Shown here piece after piece: positions 19,320 to 29,730 of a stretch of 64,000 nt of DNA. The DNA comes from Acidobacteriota bacterium (GTDB lineage Bacteria; Acidobacteriota; UBA890; WLXD01). The translations under genes and the position numbers were made by a program. Positions within the stretch are counted from its first letter, which is position 1, and every line of letters starts with the position of its first letter. The notes under the pieces were generated by a model, which saw only the letters and a program-made list of their open reading frames with translations, searched no databases and had not been told where the DNA came from. Location: NCBI GenBank assembly GCA_965248695.1, contig CBDFKD010000002.1:3776001-3840000 (forward strand), written 5' to 3'.

Positions 19320-20715
19320 CGGCGAGAGCCACGGTCAACAGGAGGGCCCACTGGGATCCCCGGTAGCTATCGCGCGAATCGAACGTCTCGACGGAAGGGG
19401 AGTGGGCGCCGGTACCGTGGCCGCCACCGTCGATGGTGACCGCAGGTACCCCGAGGCTGATCGGGATGTTGGCGTCGGTGCTGGCGCTGCCGAGCTGCGC
19501 GTCGATGCCGGCGTGCCGCGCCGCCGCCAGCGCTGCCTGGACGATCGGCGCGCTTTCGGGCTGCATGCCCGCGGGTCGGATGCCGATGACGTCGATGTCG
19601 AAGGTCAGCTCGACGGCGCTGTCCCACCGACCGTTCTCCTCGTCGAGGGCATCCTGTAGCGCGGCGCGAAACTGCGAGTCGATCTCCTCCAGCGCGTTGA
19701 CGTCGAGCGATCGCATGTCGACCGCCATCGCGGCAGAGAACGGGATCGAGTTAACCGACGTGCCGCCTTCGAGGATGCCGACGTTGAACGTTACCTTGGG
19801 CTCCGTGGGTACCTGAAAGTCGGCGATCTTGGCGATTGCCCGGCCGAGCGCGTGCATCGGGTTGGGCATACCGAACGCCCCGAAGCTGTGGCCTCCCGGG
19901 CCCCTGTAGGTGACCTGGTAGCGATGGCTGCCGACGGCACCGTGGGTGATCGCGCTGCCAGCGCCGTCCACCGAGACGAACGCGTCGATGCTTTGCCCGA
20001 GATCGGACTCGAAGAGGTGGCGTACCCCCCGCAGATTGCCGGCGCCTTCCTCGCCGACCGTGGCGACGAACATCAGCCGCCCGCCCGGTCTCGCACCGCT
20101 TTCGACCCACGCTCGGGCCACGGCCAGCACTACCGCCAGTCCGCGGCAGTCGTCGACAATGCCGGGCCCTTTCAGGACCCCGCCATCGCGGGTCACGGTG
20201 ACGTCCGTGCCCGGCGGGAACACGGTGTCGAGGTGGGCGGACAACACCACCAATGGTCCGGGCGCTGTTCCGGACCACTCGCCGACGACGTTGCCGACCG
20301 CGTCGGTGCGCACGTTTTCGACGCCGATCTCGAGCAGCCGTCGAGCATAGTCGGCAGCGCGTTGTTGCTCGTTGAAGGGCGGTGCCGGGATCTCACACAC
20401 CGCGACTTGCTCGTCGATCGTGGTTGTCTCCCCCTGTTGCAGCCCGGCGAGCATGGCGCGTATCCGGGGGTCGGCTACCAGATCCTCGATCGAAGAGGGG
20501 TCGGACGCCAGTTGCCGCGTTGCCGAGCGCAGCACCGGGGCGCCCACAAGCGCGTCGCCGGAAGCCGGCCAAACACCCGCCAGTAGCACGGCCACCAGAA
20601 TCACGGGCAGGAAACGAAGCGCCGCCGGCGGCAGGTTGGGAAGCTTCGTCAACAACGCGCATACTACCGTGTGGGTGGGAGCTCGGTCGAGAGAGCGGCC
20701 GAGTCTAGCACGCAC
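19309..20715 (-). CDS. M20/M25/M40 family metallopeptidase, exported; start uncertain
   Basis: AHLDTVF, GIVDD, GEEG, GGHSFGAFG, GGTSVNSI, STDAN, AHS motifs. Confidence 0.88.
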   Translation of the reverse strand: MRARLGRSLDRAPTHTVVCALLTKLPNLPPAALRFLPVILVAVLLAGVWPASGDALVGAPVLRSATRQLASDPSSIEDLVADPRIRAMLAGLQQGETTTIDEQVAVCEIPAPPFNEQQRAADYARRLLEIGVENVRTDAVGNVVGEWSGTAPGPLVVLSAHLDTVFPPGTDVTVTRDGGVLKGPGIVDDCRGLAVVLAVARAWVESGARPGGRLMFVATVGEEGAGNLRGVRHLFESDLGQSIDAFVSVDGAGSAITHGAVGSHRYQVTYRGPGGHSFGAFGMPNPMHALGRAIAKIADFQVPTEPKVTFNVGILEGGTSVNSIPFSAAMAVDMRSLDVNALEEIDSQFRAALQDALDEENGRWDSAVELTFDIDVIGIRPAGMQPESAPIVQAALAAARHAGIDAQLGSASTDANIPISLGVPAVTIDGGGHGTGAHSPSVETFDSRDSYRGSQWALLLTVALAGVQ

Positions 20716-20738
20716 CTGATGACGATCAGGAGAGACGG

Positions 20739-22379
20739 ATGAGCGCAGGTCGTAGGATGATCACGCCAGGCAGCCGCCTGGCGGGTGTTCCCGTTGCCCT
20801 CATCGTGGTCGCTGTCGGTTGTGCGACTTCGGGATCCGAGGCGGGGCCGCAGGTCAGCGCAGACGGAGAGACCTATGCAGGTCGCTTCGGCGCTAACGAC
20901 GGCGAGGCGATCTTCCAGGGAATCCCGTACGCCGCCGCTCCGGTGGGCGATCTGCGATGGAGACCGCCAGCGCCGATCGTTCCGCGGCCGGGCGTTCAGG
21001 ACGCTACCGACTACGCGCCCGGATGTGTTCAGTCGGGCGGCAACGTCTCCTATTCGCGCGGTATCGCAGAGCTGTTCGGTGCTGACCGCGCGGTCATCCC
21101 GGAGCTCGGACCGATCAGCGAGGACTGTCTGCACCTGAACGTCTGGACCGCCAACTGGGGCAGCGACCAACGACTGCCGGTCATGGTCTGGGTGTACGGC
21201 GGTGGCAACAGCAACGGCACCACCAGGGAGATTCCCTACGACGGTGCGAACCTGGCGCGGCAGGGCGTCGTCGTGGTTACCATCGATTATCGACTCGGCG
21301 CGCTGGGCTGGATGGCGCATCCGGCGCTGTCGGCTGAGTCGCCTGAGGGATCATCCGGCAACTACGGCTTGCTGGACCAGATCGAGGCGTTGCGCTGGGT
21401 GCAGCGCAACATCGCGGAGTTCGGCGGCGACCGCGAACGCATCACCGCCTTCGGCGAGTCGGCCGGCGGGGCGGATATCATCTCGCTCCTGACATCGCCG
21501 CTCGCGACCGGGTTGGTGCAGCGTGCGATCTCCGAGAGCGGCGGATTCTACGGTTACCGAACGCTGGCGAACACCGAGACCGCCGGGGTTCGGTTTGCGC
21601 AGGCGCTCGGTGTTGCCGAGGGTGACCCGCAGGCGCTGCAGAAGCTGCGCTCCAGGAGCGCCGATGAGATCCTGGCCGCCGGCCGCGAGGCGCGCGCCCG
21701 GTTCGGGGGCCCGATCGTCGATGGCTGGGTGCTGCCGGACGTGACCGCGCGGGCTTTCGGCAACGGCGAGCAGCTCGACGTACCGTTGCTGGTGGGCATC
21801 AACGCCGATGAGTACACCGTCTTCCTGGGTGACGGCGACGTCAGCATCGAGCGCTATCAGCAGCGTATGGGGCGGATCTACGGCGATCTGGTGGCCGATG
21901 CGCTCGAGGTGTACCCGGTGGATAGTGCCGAGCAAGTGCGCCCGGCGTTGCTGCGCCAGGGAACGGACGATGACTATCTGTGTCCAACCAAGTTCCAGGC
22001 CCGATCGATGCAGCACGTATCCAGCGCCGCGTACCTCTACCATTTCTCCCGGGTGTTTCCGGGCCCCGGCGGCGAGCAACTGGGGGCCTTCCACGCGGCC
22101 GAGATCGCCTACGTCTTCGACAATCTGGAGTACGAGTCGTGGTTCCCACACAGCGCAGCCGACGCGGAGTTGGCGCGTGTCATGAGCGGCTACTGGGTGC
22201 GGTTTGCGACCAGCGGCGACCCCAACGGCGAAGGCCTGCCGCAGTGGCCGGCCTATGACGCGACGACCGATCAGCATCTGGAGCTCGGCGAGTCGGTTGT
22301 CGTGGGCTCGGCGCTGCGCGCACGCGCGTGCGAGCTGTTCGAGCGCCGCCTGGAGGCCCGCCTGAGCGCCACGCCCTGA
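20739..22379 (+). CDS. Type-B carboxylesterase/lipase, putative lipoprotein
   Basis: GIPYAA.P.G.LRW, SEDCL.LN, GNYGLLDQ, GESAGG catalytic motif, FHAAEI; lipobox VAVGC. Confidence 0.92.
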   Translation: MSAGRRMITPGSRLAGVPVALIVVAVGCATSGSEAGPQVSADGETYAGRFGANDGEAIFQGIPYAAAPVGDLRWRPPAPIVPRPGVQDATDYAPGCVQSGGNVSYSRGIAELFGADRAVIPELGPISEDCLHLNVWTANWGSDQRLPVMVWVYGGGNSNGTTREIPYDGANLARQGVVVVTIDYRLGALGWMAHPALSAESPEGSSGNYGLLDQIEALRWVQRNIAEFGGDRERITAFGESAGGADIISLLTSPLATGLVQRAISESGGFYGYRTLANTETAGVRFAQALGVAEGDPQALQKLRSRSADEILAAGREARARFGGPIVDGWVLPDVTARAFGNGEQLDVPLLVGINADEYTVFLGDGDVSIERYQQRMGRIYGDLVADALEVYPVDSAEQVRPALLRQGTDDDYLCPTKFQARSMQHVSSAAYLYHFSRVFPGPGGEQLGAFHAAEIAYVFDNLEYESWFPHSAADAELARVMSGYWVRFATSGDPNGEGLPQWPAYDATTDQHLELGESVVVGSALRARACELFERRLEARLSATP

Positions 22380-22473
22380 GTGGCTTACGTGGCGCTCCGC
22401 CCGGCCCTTGGCGTTGTGCCTCGTGTGTGGGATAGATAGGGCTCGTTCCGATCGATCCCCGCCTGCCCGGAGT

Positions 22474-23175
22474 ATGTCGATGCTGTGGAAGAGCCATACG
22501 ACTTCACGTTCACTGTCAGGCGCTCTGCTGGCGGTCGCCGTCGTTGCCGGCCTCGGCCTGGCGCAACATAGCGCCCTGGATGATCCGCTGCGAACCGATG
22601 CCGATCGTGAGCGCGACTCAGGCAGCAAGCCGTTGGAGCTCTACGAGTTCTTCGGTATTGAGCCGGACATGACGGTCGTCGATCTGATGCCCGGGAATGG
22701 CTACAACACGCACCTGCTGTCGTTGCTCGCGGAGCACGGACACGTGTTCGCTGGCCCCGACCGTCGTGGCCGTGTAGCGGAGCGCGTTGAGGCGGCTGGA
22801 CTGTCGAACGTCACGGTGTTCGCCGACATTGCCGAGGTGCGACCTGGCAGCGTCGACGTGATGATCACGGTGCGGAACATCCACGACCTCGAGAACCGCG
22901 GTAACACCGGCCCGGTGTATGCGTCGTACCTGGCAGCGCTCAAGCCGGGCGGCGTATTCGGCGTGGTCGACGCGCGCACGCCGAAGGAGGGCTTCGACGA
23001 GAGCACCCACCGTATCAACGAGCAGCTCGTAGTGGACGCGCTGACCGCGGCCGGCTTCGAGCTCGTGGAGCGCTCGGAGATGTACGCCAACGCGGATGAC
23101 GATTTCGATGAGAGCTTCCGCGGTAGCCGCTGGACCATCGATCGTTTCGCGCTCAAGTTCCGCCGGCCTAGCTGA
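22474..23175 (+). CDS. Exported class I SAM-dependent methyltransferase-like protein (COG4798-like)
   Basis: RD...KP.E...FFGI.P.MTV.D..PG.GY, RNIHD, LKPGG, HRI motifs; signal peptide. Confidence 0.8.
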   Translation: MSMLWKSHTTSRSLSGALLAVAVVAGLGLAQHSALDDPLRTDADRERDSGSKPLELYEFFGIEPDMTVVDLMPGNGYNTHLLSLLAEHGHVFAGPDRRGRVAERVEAAGLSNVTVFADIAEVRPGSVDVMITVRNIHDLENRGNTGPVYASYLAALKPGGVFGVVDARTPKEGFDESTHRINEQLVVDALTAAGFELVERSEMYANADDDFDESFRGSRWTIDRFALKFRRPS

Positions 23176-23247
23176 CGTTCCGAGGTTTAGCTGGAGTCTC
23201 GCAAGCGTGCGGGATAGACAAGGGGCACGAAACGCGTGCCGGTCGCG

Positions 23248-24519
23248 CTAGGGCCGACCGACCGTCAACGGCGGAAGCTCGACTGCGATGAGCTCGTGCG
23301 TGCTGCGGGCGAATAGCACGCCGTTGGCGAGCGCCGGGTAGGCGCGTACGACCCCGTCGAGGATGCGGCTCGTAGCGAGGGGCCGAAACGCCGACGGCGA
23401 GGCTTCGGCGAGCACCAGCTCGCCGCGTTCTCGGAGAATCAGCAGTCGGTCGCCTACGAGCATCAGCGTGCCGGCGCCGAACCGCTCGACCTCCCACGCC
23501 AGGCGCCCCGTTTGCAGCTCGACCGCGCGTAGCGACTGCCCGTATTCTTGCCGCCCGTGGAAGCCGTAGAGGTAGCCCCGGTGATGGACGCTAGTGGCGT
23601 AGTGGTTCGTCAGGACGTCGTCGGACGACCAGACCGGCTCGAAGCCGTCCGCACCGCGCTGCAGCAGCACGGCGCCGGTACCGTAGCTTGCCGACAGGTA
23701 GACGCGCTCGCCGATCACCAACGGTGTCGCTACGTTGACGGATGAACGTGAGCGCGATCGCCAGGGATAGTCGTCGCGCACGCTTCCGCTCACCGGGTCG
23801 ATCTCGACCAGACCGCTGCGGGTGAAGAAGAGCGCGCTGTGTTGCCCGCCGATCTCGGCGGTCACCGGAGCGGAGTAGCTGGCCTCGTCACTCGTCGCAG
23901 TCCACAGCACCTCGCCGCTGGCTGCGTCGAATGCGGCGATCCCGGCCTCGGTGCCGCCAACGTTCACCATGACACGATTGCCGTCGACCAGCGGCGCCGA
24001 GGCAGCACCGAAGAACCCCTTGCGAACGCCAAAGCGCGCGTGTGTGTCGACCGACCATAGTCTGGCGCCGGTGTTCAGATCGCTCGCCTGCAAGACGCCC
24101 TGGGCCCCGAAGGTGAACACTCGTCCCTGAGCCACTGTCGGGGTGGCCCGGGGCCCTTCGTCGAAGCCGAAGTCATCCCTGTATTCGGTCGGGGAAGAGG
24201 CCGACCAGGCCACTGCTCCGGTCGTCGGGTCGAGCGACTCCAGCACCTCCGTCCCGGCGACGCGGTGGAACAGAAGCACGCGGCCGCCCGCCACGGCCGG
24301 GCCGGCGAAGCCCTCTCCGACATCCCGTTTCCAGCGCACCGACAGACCGGTATCGGGCCAGGCAGCGATGTGAGTGGATGGGGCGGTACCATCCCGTCGC
24401 GGCCCGAGAATCTGTGGCCAGTCGTCGGTGCTTTGCGACCGGACCGGGCGCGGCGTCGTGGCGGCCAGGGCTGATGCGAGGACGAGCACCGCGATCAGCT
24501 TGGTGCGGATTCTGGACAC
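23248..24519 (-). CDS. PQQ-binding-like beta-propeller protein (BamB-like)
   Basis: DWPQILGP.RDG, GPRATP, ASYSAP, AYPALA.G.L..R motifs; signal peptide. Confidence 0.85.
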   Translation of the reverse strand: MSRIRTKLIAVLVLASALAATTPRPVRSQSTDDWPQILGPRRDGTAPSTHIAAWPDTGLSVRWKRDVGEGFAGPAVAGGRVLLFHRVAGTEVLESLDPTTGAVAWSASSPTEYRDDFGFDEGPRATPTVAQGRVFTFGAQGVLQASDLNTGARLWSVDTHARFGVRKGFFGAASAPLVDGNRVMVNVGGTEAGIAAFDAASGEVLWTATSDEASYSAPVTAEIGGQHSALFFTRSGLVEIDPVSGSVRDDYPWRSRSRSSVNVATPLVIGERVYLSASYGTGAVLLQRGADGFEPVWSSDDVLTNHYATSVHHRGYLYGFHGRQEYGQSLRAVELQTGRLAWEVERFGAGTLMLVGDRLLILRERGELVLAEASPSAFRPLATSRILDGVVRAYPALANGVLFARSTHELIAVELPPLTVGRP

Positions 24520-24651
24520 GGTCCTCGCAAGAATGAGCGGTAAAGGTCTCGAGGCCGGGGAAGCTTAGCAGAGGCCGCGTTGCCGTCTTGCGCGAGCGTC
24601 GATAGTCTTACCGACGGTCCAAGCTTGGGCCGCTGCCGCTGCGAGGAGTTC

Positions 24652-26184
24652 ATGCGTCCCACTCTCAACATTCTGAGCGACGATCTCATTGCGCAGATCC
24701 TCGATGAGGCCAAGCGATTCCTGGCCGAAACCGGAATGGAGATTCGCGGCGCGGAGATGCGACAAAGGCTGCTCGACCACGGGCTACCCCTCGACGCCAC
24801 CGGCGCCCGCGTGCTGTTCCCGGCGGACGTGGTCGAGGCGGCGATTGCCAGCACACCCAAGTCCTTCACGCTGTTCGATCGTGACGGCTCGCCGTACACC
24901 GAGATCGGCGGCAACAACGTTCACTACGTGCCGGGCTCGAGTGGGCTCAAGATGCTGGACCATCGCACCGGCGAGACTCGGCTGGCGGACTCCACCGATT
25001 TCACCGAGTACATCCGTCTTTGCGATGGGCTATCGAACATCGCCTATCCTGCGACCGCGTTCTCGACCAACGCCGATATCGAGGCGCAGGTGTCCGATGC
25101 GTGGCGGCTCTACATATGCCTGACGAACACCCGCAAGCCGGTGGTCTCGGGCGCGTTCACCGAACACGGTGTGTCGCGCATGGCGGACATGATGCAGCTG
25201 TTCCGCGACGATGCCGCCGACCTGATCGGTCGCCCGATGTCGATTTTCACGATCACCGCCACCGGTAACTTCCGCTACGGCGAGGACTCGTGCCAGAACA
25301 TCCTCGACTGCACGGCGCGGGGAATCCCGGTGGAGATCGTTCCGGTCACGTTGATGGGCTTGATTGCGCCGGTGACGCTGGTGGGAGCCACCGTCTTCCA
25401 CACCATCGATGTGCTCGCCGGGCTGACGATGGCCCAGATCGCGCGAGAAGGAACTCCGGTGATCTTCGGGGGTGCCCCGGCGACCTTTCACATGAAAGCC
25501 GCCAGCGCGCCGATGGCGGCGATCGAGGCCCTGCACCTGGACACCGCGTATGTGGCCGTGGCCAAGTCGCTCGACCTGCCGACGCAAGCGTATATGGCGC
25601 TGAGCGACGGCAAGTTGCTGGATGCGCAGGCAGGAGCTGAGACGTTCGGCTCGGCGTTGCTGGCAGCCCTTGCCGGCGTCAACTCGGTCTCGGGTCCGGG
25701 GATGCTCGACTTCCTGCTGGTCTTCAGTCTAGCGAAGCTCGTTTTCGACGATGAGATGTGCGGGCAGGCGCTCCACTTCGTGCGTGAGGCACGGCCCTTG
25801 GACGACCTGGCGGTAGGACCGCTCGCCGACGAGCTGATGTCGGAAAATCACCTGATCACCTCCGAGCACACGCTCGAGCACTGGCCGCAGGAGCTGTATC
25901 TCACCGGCCCGGTCGTCGATCGGGAGAATCGCGAGACCTGGATCCGGCGCGGCGGCACGGAGCTTCCGGAGCGCGCCAACATGGAGGTCGAGGAGCGTCT
26001 CGCCAAGTACGAGCCTTTGGACACCGACGCGGCCGTGGACGCGGAGCTGCGACGCTTGATCAGCTCGGGATTCGAGTCCCAGGAGGCTCTTCCGGTGGTT
26101 CCTGCCCCGGCGCCGCCGCGTGCCGCCGCCGCCGGTGTCGATGGGCCGAAGAAGCGCCGGCGCCGAAGGGCACCGCGCGACTGA
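24652..26184 (+). CDS. Trimethylamine methyltransferase (MttB) superfamily protein, non-pyrrolysine
   Basis: [32 protein letters not shown] motifs; no in-frame TAG; GAGGAG RBS before ATG 24652. Confidence 0.9.
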   Translation: MRPTLNILSDDLIAQILDEAKRFLAETGMEIRGAEMRQRLLDHGLPLDATGARVLFPADVVEAAIASTPKSFTLFDRDGSPYTEIGGNNVHYVPGSSGLKMLDHRTGETRLADSTDFTEYIRLCDGLSNIAYPATAFSTNADIEAQVSDAWRLYICLTNTRKPVVSGAFTEHGVSRMADMMQLFRDDAADLIGRPMSIFTITATGNFRYGEDSCQNILDCTARGIPVEIVPVTLMGLIAPVTLVGATVFHTIDVLAGLTMAQIAREGTPVIFGGAPATFHMKAASAPMAAIEALHLDTAYVAVAKSLDLPTQAYMALSDGKLLDAQAGAETFGSALLAALAGVNSVSGPGMLDFLLVFSLAKLVFDDEMCGQALHFVREARPLDDLAVGPLADELMSENHLITSEHTLEHWPQELYLTGPVVDRENRETWIRRGGTELPERANMEVEERLAKYEPLDTDAAVDAELRRLISSGFESQEALPVVPAPAPPRAAAAGVDGPKKRRRRRAPRD

Positions 26185-26191
26185 TCGACTA

Positions 26192-26476
26192 GTGGCCTGT
26201 AACAGGGGAATCGATAGCGCCGCAGATGGGATTTGCGGGCGAGATCAAGGCGCGGCGAGGATGGCGATGCCGCGGCGCATCATCGACGAGTCGCAACGCC
26301 GAGTTCGCCCGCCACTGCCTATCTGTCCGCAGGCCAACCAGAACAACAGTGGCGAAATGGGGCCGCCTGCTCTGTTGCTCCTCCTCGGAGATGCACCCAC
26401 ATCGACTCGTCGGAGCGCCTTGCATCCGACCCCATTTCGCCACCACGGCACTATCGATTCCCCTGTTACAGGCCAC
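26192..26476. mobile_element. MITE, 285 bp, 26-bp perfect terminal inverted repeats, TA duplication
   Basis: GTGGCCTGTAACAGGGGAATCGATAG at 26192 and its reverse complement ending at 26476; TA on both flanks (26190-91 and 26477-78); no transposase. Confidence 0.85.
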
Positions 26477-28500
26477 TAATCGCCCGGCGCGCCGCGCCGC
26501 CGCCGGCGTCCCCGCCGCGGGCGTCGATCATCGTCGGAAGCCGGTGCGCGGGCAGGCAGCTCCACGCTCTTGGCGAGCTCGTGGAACGGTTCCTCCTTGT
26601 TCGGAATCGCCATCGCATTGACGAAATGGTGCTGGAATCGTTCGGCGACCGCCGTCTCCACCTTCTCGATCCGGCCCACCCAGGTTTCGATCTCGCTGCG
26701 GGCGCTGGCGTCGAGCAGGGCGATGCGGGCGCCGGCGCCCGCGGCGTTGCCGGCCGATGACACCTGGCCCAGCTCGCAGTCGGGGATCATCCCCAGAACC
26801 ATGGCGTACTTCACGTCGATGTGGCTGCCGAAGGCGCCGGCCAGGCGGATGCGGTCGACCTTCTCCACTCCGAGCCGCTCCATCAACAGCCGCGCCCCGG
26901 CGTACAGCGCACCCTTGGCCAGTTGAATCGCCCGCACGTCGTTCTGCACGATTCGCAGCCGTGGCTCGCCGTCGTGCAGCAGGTACGCGTGCGTGCGACC
27001 GTCGGCGGTGACCCGCGGGCTGCGCTCGGCGACCCGTCCGTCGATGGCGCCGTCGGGGTCAATGATGCCAGTCAGGTACATCTCGGCGACCACCTCGATG
27101 ATGCCTGAGCCGCAGACCCCCGTGATGCCGGTGGCCTCGGTCAGGGCGCCGAACTCGGGCTCGTCTGACCAAAGGTCGCAGCCGATTACCTTGAAGCGTG
27201 GCTCCAGGGTTTCGCGGTCGATGCGCACCCTTTCGATTGCTCCTGGAGCGGCACGCTGGCCGCAACTGATCTGAGCCCCTTCGAAGGCGGGTCCGGTGGG
27301 GCTGGAGGCGGCAACCAGGCGGTCACGGTTTCCGAGCACGAGCTCGGCGTTGGTGCCAACGTCGACGAGCAGCGTGACCGCGTCGTCGCGGTAGGGGGCC
27401 TCAGACAGGACCATGGCGGCAGTGTCCGCGCCGACATGGCCGGCGATGCACGGCAGCAGGTACGCTCGTGCCCCCGGATGGCACCCGAAGTCGAGTTGCC
27501 TCGCCGGCAACGTCGTGGCGGCCGCCGTCGCGAGCGCAAAGGGGGCCGTACCGAGCGGCGTCGGATCGATACCCAGCAGCAGATGATGCATCACCGGATT
27601 GCCGACCAACGTGATCTCGAGAATATCGGCCGGCGACACGCCGGCCGCATCGGCTACCTCCACGGTCAGCGCGGCGACCGCCTCGCGCACGACGCGGGTG
27701 AGTTGCTCATCGCCGCCGGGGTTCATCATCACGTACGAGACCCGGCTCATCAGGTCTTCACCGAAGCGGATTTGCGGGTTCATGAGTCCGGCGCTGGCCA
27801 CCATGTCGCCGGTGGAGAGATCACACAGGTGGGCCGCGATGGTGGTCGAGCCCACATCCACGGCCAGGCCATAGACGGTTTCGATGAAGCCAGGCCAGAT
27901 GGCGACGAGATCCTTTCCTTCCCGGACGGCGACGGTGACCGACCATTTGCCGTTACGGAGCGCCGCTTGCATCTGGCGCAACGCGGTGGGATCGCAGCTC
28001 AGGTCAACCAGGCCCCATTCTCGCTCGAGCGCCGTGCAGAGCCGCTCGAGGTCGGCAGTCGGGTCGTCCATGTCGGGCTCCGCGACCTCGACGAAGTGCA
28101 ATCGAACCACCGGGTCGAGCTCGATATCGCGTGCTTCGAGCTCCTTGCGAACGACCTGACGGTGCACCTGGCTGCTCGCCGGTACGTCGATAACGACGTC
28201 ACCGCGCAGACGGGTGTGGCAACTCAGCCGGCGACCCTGCGCGAGGCCGCTCTTGCTGGCGTAGCGTTGCTCGGGCTCCGATAGCGGTGTGAGATGGTCG
28301 GCGGTCGAGGTGATCGCGTGCTTGGCGAACTCGCCTTCGCTCAGGGTCACCTGGCAGCGGCCACAGATGCCGCGCCCTCCGCAGACCGAATCCACGTCGA
28401 CGCCGAGCTGTCGGGCGGCGTCGAGAACGGGAGTGTCGAGGGGGAATCGGCCGCGCATCCCCGATGGGGTAAAGACGATCAGAGCGTCGCGCTCGGTCAC
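26476..28500 (-). CDS. ASKHA-domain corrinoid reductive activator (RamA/RACo, DUF4445) with N-terminal 2Fe-2S domain
   Basis: SVCGGRGICGRC...LSC ferredoxin; DVGSTT, NPQI.FGEDLMSR, HVGAD, DVGTNAE, GPAFEG, GVCGSG, LAGAFG. GTG 28500 taken as the start. Confidence 0.92.
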   Translation of the reverse strand: MTERDALIVFTPSGMRGRFPLDTPVLDAARQLGVDVDSVCGGRGICGRCQVTLSEGEFAKHAITSTADHLTPLSEPEQRYASKSGLAQGRRLSCHTRLRGDVVIDVPASSQVHRQVVRKELEARDIELDPVVRLHFVEVAEPDMDDPTADLERLCTALEREWGLVDLSCDPTALRQMQAALRNGKWSVTVAVREGKDLVAIWPGFIETVYGLAVDVGSTTIAAHLCDLSTGDMVASAGLMNPQIRFGEDLMSRVSYVMMNPGGDEQLTRVVREAVAALTVEVADAAGVSPADILEITLVGNPVMHHLLLGIDPTPLGTAPFALATAAATTLPARQLDFGCHPGARAYLLPCIAGHVGADTAAMVLSEAPYRDDAVTLLVDVGTNAELVLGNRDRLVAASSPTGPAFEGAQISCGQRAAPGAIERVRIDRETLEPRFKVIGCDLWSDEPEFGALTEATGITGVCGSGIIEVVAEMYLTGIIDPDGAIDGRVAERSPRVTADGRTHAYLLHDGEPRLRIVQNDVRAIQLAKGALYAGARLLMERLGVEKVDRIRLAGAFGSHIDVKYAMVLGMIPDCELGQVSSAGNAAGAGARIALLDASARSEIETWVGRIEKVETAVAERFQHHFVNAMAIPNKEEPFHELAKSVELPARAPASDDDRRPRRGRRRRRGAPGD

Positions 28501-28507
28501 CGGCCGG

Positions 28508-29407
28508 TCACGGACTCCGGCGCTGCCGCCGTCCGCGCCGCTGGCGCTCGGTGCCTGCGGCAGGTACCTCCCGGTAAGCGGCGAGCCAGCGCCCGCACTC
28601 CGGATCGTGACCGGCGATGACATCGGCACCACGCGCAGCCTGCATGATGCCGGCGTCGATCGGGTCGGTGATGGCTGACGTGAGCCCGGCCCCGATCGCG
28701 CTGGCGATGAACGCCGAATTCAACCCGTGCCGATTCGGCAGGCCGAAGCTGAAGTTGGATGCACCGCACGTGGTGTTCACCTTGAGCTCGGAGCGCAATC
28801 GGCGCACCAGCTCGAGCACCTGGCGCCCGGCATCGTTGATTGCGCCGACCGGCATGACCAGTGGGTCAACGACGATATCGCTCGCCGGAATTCCATGGTC
28901 AGCGGCACGTTCGACGATCGTCTTGGCCACCGCGTAGCGTACGTTGATATCCTGAGAGATTCCGGTGTCATCGTTGGAGATCGCCACGACGGCAGCGCCG
29001 TACTTCTTTACCAGCGGCAGTACGGTCTCCATGCGCTCTTCCTCGCCGGTAACCGAGTTCAGCAACGGCTTCCCCTGATACACCGCGAGCCCCGCTTCCA
29101 GCGCCGCGACGATCGAGGAGTCGATCGACAACGGCACGTCGGTAACCGACTGCACGAGCTCGATGCATCGTGCCAGGATCGCTGGCTCGTCGGCCAGCGG
29201 GATGCCGGCGTTGACGTCGAGCATGGTGGCGCCGGCGGCGACCTGAGCCACTGCGTCAGCCTCTACCCGACTGTAGTCACCCTCCTTCATCTCGGCGGCG
29301 AGGAGCTTGCGGCCGGTCGGGTTGATGCGTTCGCCAATGACCACGAACGGGCGATCGAACCCGATCGTGACCTCGCGCGTTGCCGAGCTGATTACGGTGT
29401 CCGTCAT
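28508..29407 (-). CDS. Pterin-binding methyltetrahydrofolate:corrinoid methyltransferase (stand-alone MetH-type domain)
   Basis: IGERINPTGRK, LDVNAG, PLSIDSS, DPLV, GASN.SFGLP motifs. Confidence 0.92.
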   Translation of the reverse strand: MTDTVISSATREVTIGFDRPFVVIGERINPTGRKLLAAEMKEGDYSRVEADAVAQVAAGATMLDVNAGIPLADEPAILARCIELVQSVTDVPLSIDSSIVAALEAGLAVYQGKPLLNSVTGEEERMETVLPLVKKYGAAVVAISNDDTGISQDINVRYAVAKTIVERAADHGIPASDIVVDPLVMPVGAINDAGRQVLELVRRLRSELKVNTTCGASNFSFGLPNRHGLNSAFIASAIGAGLTSAITDPIDAGIMQAARGADVIAGHDPECGRWLAAYREVPAAGTERQRRGRRQRRSP

Positions 29408-29718
29408 GGGGTTGCCTCACCCGGTTCAGCCAGGCCGTTGGCCCGGACCATGGCGCGCAGCACGGTTTCGGAAAACTCGCCTTCGAGTCGCGCGACCTCC
29501 GAGGCCACGATTGCTTCGAGATCGCCCGAACAGGGCCGCCGATCACGGCGCCAGTCGGCGAGGTACTCGTCGCTGCTACCGCGCCCCGCGCGCATGGCGG
29601 CGGAGTCGATCGCGTCGGCGAATCGCGGCGACAGCACTACTTTGACACTGGTGCGTCCGCTGCGGCCAATTACCTGGGCCGGAATATCCCGCCAGTAGAT
29701 AGTGATCAGCTGTGCCAC
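29404..29718 (-). CDS. 'Virulence factor' family small protein associated with split cobalamin methyltransferases
   Basis: YWRDIPAQV, RF..AID.AAM, Y...WR motifs; stop overlaps the next gene's start. Confidence 0.8.
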   Translation of the reverse strand: MAQLITIYWRDIPAQVIGRSGRTSVKVVLSPRFADAIDSAAMRAGRGSSDEYLADWRRDRRPCSGDLEAIVASEVARLEGEFSETVLRAMVRANGLAEPGEATP

Positions 29719-29730
29719 GACGTCCGTCGC

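Noticed and set aside
24652-26184. Pyrrolysine recoding in MttB
   Set aside because: The ORF is uninterrupted with no in-frame TAG, and there are no pyl genes in the window.
26120-26760. Several short ORFs across the MITE
   Set aside because: They are translations of the inverted repeats (ACNRGIDS appears on both strands) with no protein-family features.
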